This document shows, piece by piece, positions 60,101 to 64,000 of a stretch of DNA of 64,000 nt (positions are counted from its first letter, which is position 1; every line of letters begins with the position of its first letter). A program made the position numbers and the translations under genes. Under the pieces are notes generated by a model. It did not search any database. It saw only the letters and a program-made list of their open reading frames with translations, and was not told where the DNA came from. Source of the stretch: Eledone cirrhosa (Eukaryota); NCBI GenBank assembly GCA_964016885.1, contig OZ024754.1, positions 35,712,001 to 35,776,000 on the forward strand. The letters run 5' to 3'.

Positions 60101-60174
60101 ATTATTAACCTCTGTCATTTTCGTTTCATAATTTTATTTACATTATTCTCAAACTCCGGAGCTGTAAACACCAA

Positions 60175-60545
60175 GAAACTCACTCAGATGGTGGATGGGT
60201 GCTACACAAGAATGCTGAGGATGGCTCTGAACATTAATCAGTATACACTGAGGATGAAAAACTCAGAGCTGTATGGGAGCCTCCCAAAAGTCAGCTCAAA
60301 AGTGACACAGAGGAGACTGAGGTTAGCTCGTCACCGACAACCAGAGTTGACACTGCACTCAGTGCTCCGGTGGGAGCTCTTACATGGACACACTGGAAGA
60401 GGAAGACCAAGGTTAACGTATGTTGATGCCCTAAGGACAGACACTGGTCTGTTGGAGACGCAGGACATGGCAGCGATAATGAGGGGCAGAGACCGCTGGA
60501 GAGAAGTCGTCCATGGATCTCAGGAATTTTACCCGCGCTAGATAG
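60175..60545 (+). mobile_element. RTE-clade LINE 3' fragment
   Basis: VDGCYTRMLRMALNI...ELYGSLPKVSSKVTQRRLRLA...GRGRPRLTYVDAL. Confidence 0.85.
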
Positions 60546-60595
<50 letters not shown>

Positions 60596-60974
60596 GAGAA
60601 AAACCACAAGCCCTCCATCTCAATTCTACTTTTGAAAAGCATAAGAACTGTGAAACCGGTAAAGGAAACAAATAAATATTCTTAAAAAGACTCCAGTTGC
60701 ATTTTCGATTTCATTTTTTTTCCTTATACTTTTACTCGTGTAGGACATCTCGTTTTTTTTCATTTTGAAAAAGAACCTAATTTTCATATATATATATATA
60801 TGTGTGTGTGTGTGTATATAAGTTACTGGAGCTTGTTATATTCCTAAAAGGAAAGCACAATCAACCCTAGGCGGCGTTCGTTGTTTTTATTTTTCTCATA
60901 ACAGGCTGAATGAGTTGGGGCCCAGAACCCAACGAAACTTGAGTACCTGTTTATGTCACTGTTGTAATTATATG

Positions 60975-61061
<87 letters not shown>

Positions 61062-61103
61062 CAGAATATTAATAAATGAAGACATTCACATAATCAAAAT
61101 ATG

Positions 61104-61165
61104 TTTTATTATATATATTTCGAAGGTACTGTGCTGTTTTTTCAGTACGTCCTCGTCAGATAAAA
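61104..61165 (-). ncRNA. Minimal hammerhead motif, family C-related pLTR (element about 61058-61280)
   Basis: UUUUAU-CUGACGA-ggacguacug..caguaccuuc-GAAA-UAUAUA-UA-AUAAAA. Confidence 0.72.
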
Positions 61166-61307
61166 TACATGAATTGATATATGACATACCTCAACGGTCT
61201 TGATGGTCGTGAACTAATAAGCTCTGTAGCCTACATAGAGCACTCTTTTTTCCTGTACCTTTCCGACGGAAATTCTTCATTTATATATATATAGGTGGGT
61301 ATTTACG

Positions 61308-61355
<48 letters not shown>

Positions 61356-62167
61356 TACGACGTACTTCTGCACTTTCCATCTACCAAATTCTACCCACAA
61401 GGCCGGGGCTATACTAAAAAAAAAACGATATTATTTTTCAGTTGCTCTTTTTCTTCTTCTTTTATTCTTATTTTTCTTTCTATTTTGTTTAACAATTATT
61501 CATTGTGATTGATCTGTTAGCAGTGAACTGACTGGTATGGTAGAGAGAGCAAAGATTCTTCCCCAAGAGGGCGCAGAGATAACAACTTGTTCCGCCCAAA
61601 TTTCAAAGAGTGCTAGGAACGGCTTACCCTTCTGATCTCTCCAGTATTGTTTAGGAAAAAAAGAACATGGAAAGTTATTGATATAGATTCGATAATATAG
61701 AATACTTCACACAACCTCCTCCAATATATCGACTTCTTGCTTAGTCAAACGAATGGAAAGAGACAAAAAGATTATATATATGGTCGTGTGTATGTGTATG
61801 TATCTCTCTCTCACTATATATATATATATATTTTTTTATATATTATATATATATATGTATATACATACATACACACATACACACACACATATATATATCC
61901 AGGGTGTGTAACGCAGAGTTACTGTAGGTTCACCCGAGTGAGCACTCGATGTTTAGGTTCACTTCAGTGTCGAGCTAGACAGAGTGTAGTATAATAAAAT
62001 AAAACAAGGACGAGTGGTTACTCCTTCATTACGTTTATTGGTTGGTGACGCGCGTTTCGCCACTGATTAGCTCAAGGTTCGATCTGTATCGATCTAGCCC
62101 GACTCTGTAATCAACGGCTCGTAGAGACCCTTTTGATGGTAATGATAAAATATATATATAAATATAT

Positions 62168-62365
62168 GAAAATAGTCAGGACCGACGGCTGAGCTCCGGC
62201 CGTTTCGACAGCTAGATGCGAACTGCTCGGATTTAGCTGTCAAAATGGCCGAAGCTCAGCCGTCGGGGTCCTGATTCTTTTCATATTATCCACTCAACTA
62301 CTCTAAGTATTGATTAATCTGGTGCGTTATGGTCGATTGGTATCTTACCACGCCCTCTTTGTTAT
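62168..62365 (+). mobile_element. Family A fold-back element
   Basis: Shared family sequence. Confidence 0.75.
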
Positions 62366-62459
62366 ATATATTTCCCCACCACCAGCACCCCGCTCTCAAG
62401 AGCGTGAAACTAATAAACCTTTGTTCGTACTGCCTCTGTTTTGTTCCCGTTCAATTTTT

Positions 62460-62497
<38 letters not shown>

Positions 62498-62697
62498 GGG
62501 GTAACAAATTATTGTTATAGATAGTCCACTTCTCACAAGCTCCGGTGAATTGATTGGTTATAACTTTGTATTGGCGATCGAGTAACGTGAAAATAAGCGG
62601 ATAGCGATCTCTAGACCTACCAGTTCAGAGAAACAATTGTCAGCAATGAGATTAAAAACCTTTTTTGTATAACAAACCGTGTCACTCTTCTTTCCTG

Positions 62698-62751
<54 letters not shown>

Positions 62752-62758
<7 letters not shown>

Positions 62759-63076
62759 CAAGGAAAAGCAAATAAAGAAAAAAATTTAAAATAAATTTCA
62801 AAAATTTCACTGTACTTACTATAAGTGCCTTTACCGCGGTTTCAGATCCCAAAACAAATAGATAATCCCAGCGGATTTCCATTGATAAAGAGATCCTCGT
62901 CCTTATACAGTGAATTTTTTAAAATTTATTTTAAAATGTTTTCTTTATTTGATTTTCCTTGATTTTATATGTTCTGGCTTGTTAATTTATTAACTTTACA
63001 TTGAACCACACTGGCATACGGTCGGACTATACTTGTATCCCTATGTGTATTGTTTACATGCAGGAACACATACTTT

Positions 63077-63080
<4 letters not shown>
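62752..63080 (+). mobile_element. Unclassified fold-back insert in (TA)n
   Basis: About 60-bp arms 62754-62813 / 62906-62967 plus tail. Confidence 0.6.
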
Positions 63081-63107
<27 letters not shown>

Positions 63108-63300
63108 GAGGAAAGGTATTTAGAACACTGGTTTAACCGCTTTACTTCCCTCCGAAGAAGAGATATTATCTCGAAAATTAAGGACATTTAAATAAATCTA
63201 AGGTAAAAGACTAATTGTCAACAATATCTTTTGCATTTGCATTCTTTATTCTATGTCCATACCTGCATTGTTTTGGCTTTATTATACATATACAAACGTT

Positions 63301-63331
<31 letters not shown>

Positions 63332-63374
63332 AGACACACACACACACACACAGACATACACACACATACACACT

Positions 63375-63465
<91 letters not shown>

Positions 63466-63707
63466 GATGGTCATATGATTTTCATATGCACATATGATTT
63501 TCACTTTATCTTTATTACAAGATATTCGTTAGTTCGTCAAAGTTCTTTCGTCACACATTCTGTGACCTCCTTAATAACCATCTGTTCTCTTTATTACCTC
63601 CACTTCTTATCGATTGTTTCGCTCAGCTGGAACAAAAGGATGACGCTGGTCATCTAACACCTGGTGCTTATGAGGCTGTTTGCTTGCAAACAGACCGAGT
63701 ATTAATA

Positions 63708-63942
63708 ATTATTTCTACTTTTGGCACTAGGCCAGAAATTACCCCAGTGCATTACTGGTACTTTATTATATCAACCCCGTAATGATGAAAGGCAAAGTGC
63801 AAAGTTATCCACGACGGGATTTGATTAATAATATGATATTATTGGGGTTAACTTTGCCTTTCATCCTTACGGGGTCGATAAAATAAAGTACCAGTAATGT
63901 ACTGGGTAATTGCTGGCCTTGTGCCAAAAGTAGAAACAATTA
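63708..63942. mobile_element. Two divergently oriented MetaSINE-like fragments (63708-63825 minus, 63845-63942 plus)
   Basis: Same core and tail. Confidence 0.8.
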
Positions 63943-64000
63943 TTATAATATTATTATTCACTCACGAATATATATATATATATATATATATATGTGTCTA

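Overview
AT-rich, microsatellite-dominated eukaryotic DNA, intergenic or intronic. The SINE repertoire and (TA)n/(TG)n/(CATA)n density suggest an octopod cephalopod (inference). No host protein-coding gene can be supported, and nearly all long ORFs in the track are translations of simple repeats. Recognisable content: about 15 MetaSINE-like copies, CORE-like tRNA SINEs, RTE and Ingi/Vingi LINE fragments, a CCGTA-TIR MITE, several minisatellites, and one Penelope-like retroelement (PLE) remnant with a GIY-YIG endonuclease fragment and a hammerhead-bearing pLTR. The main signal is that dozens of 100-450 bp inserts from at least ten unrelated families sit inside (TA)n tracts. Many fold back on themselves. 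Most carry a minimal type-I hammerhead ribozyme motif, either canonical or a recurrent variant (U3:A8 swap, U4C, U-U closed stem II, 3'-half only). Many also share a GAGTRCT motif 38-60 nt from their 3' end. I read them as (TA)n-targeting PLE pLTR derivatives. Coordinates were read by eye and may be off by a few bases.
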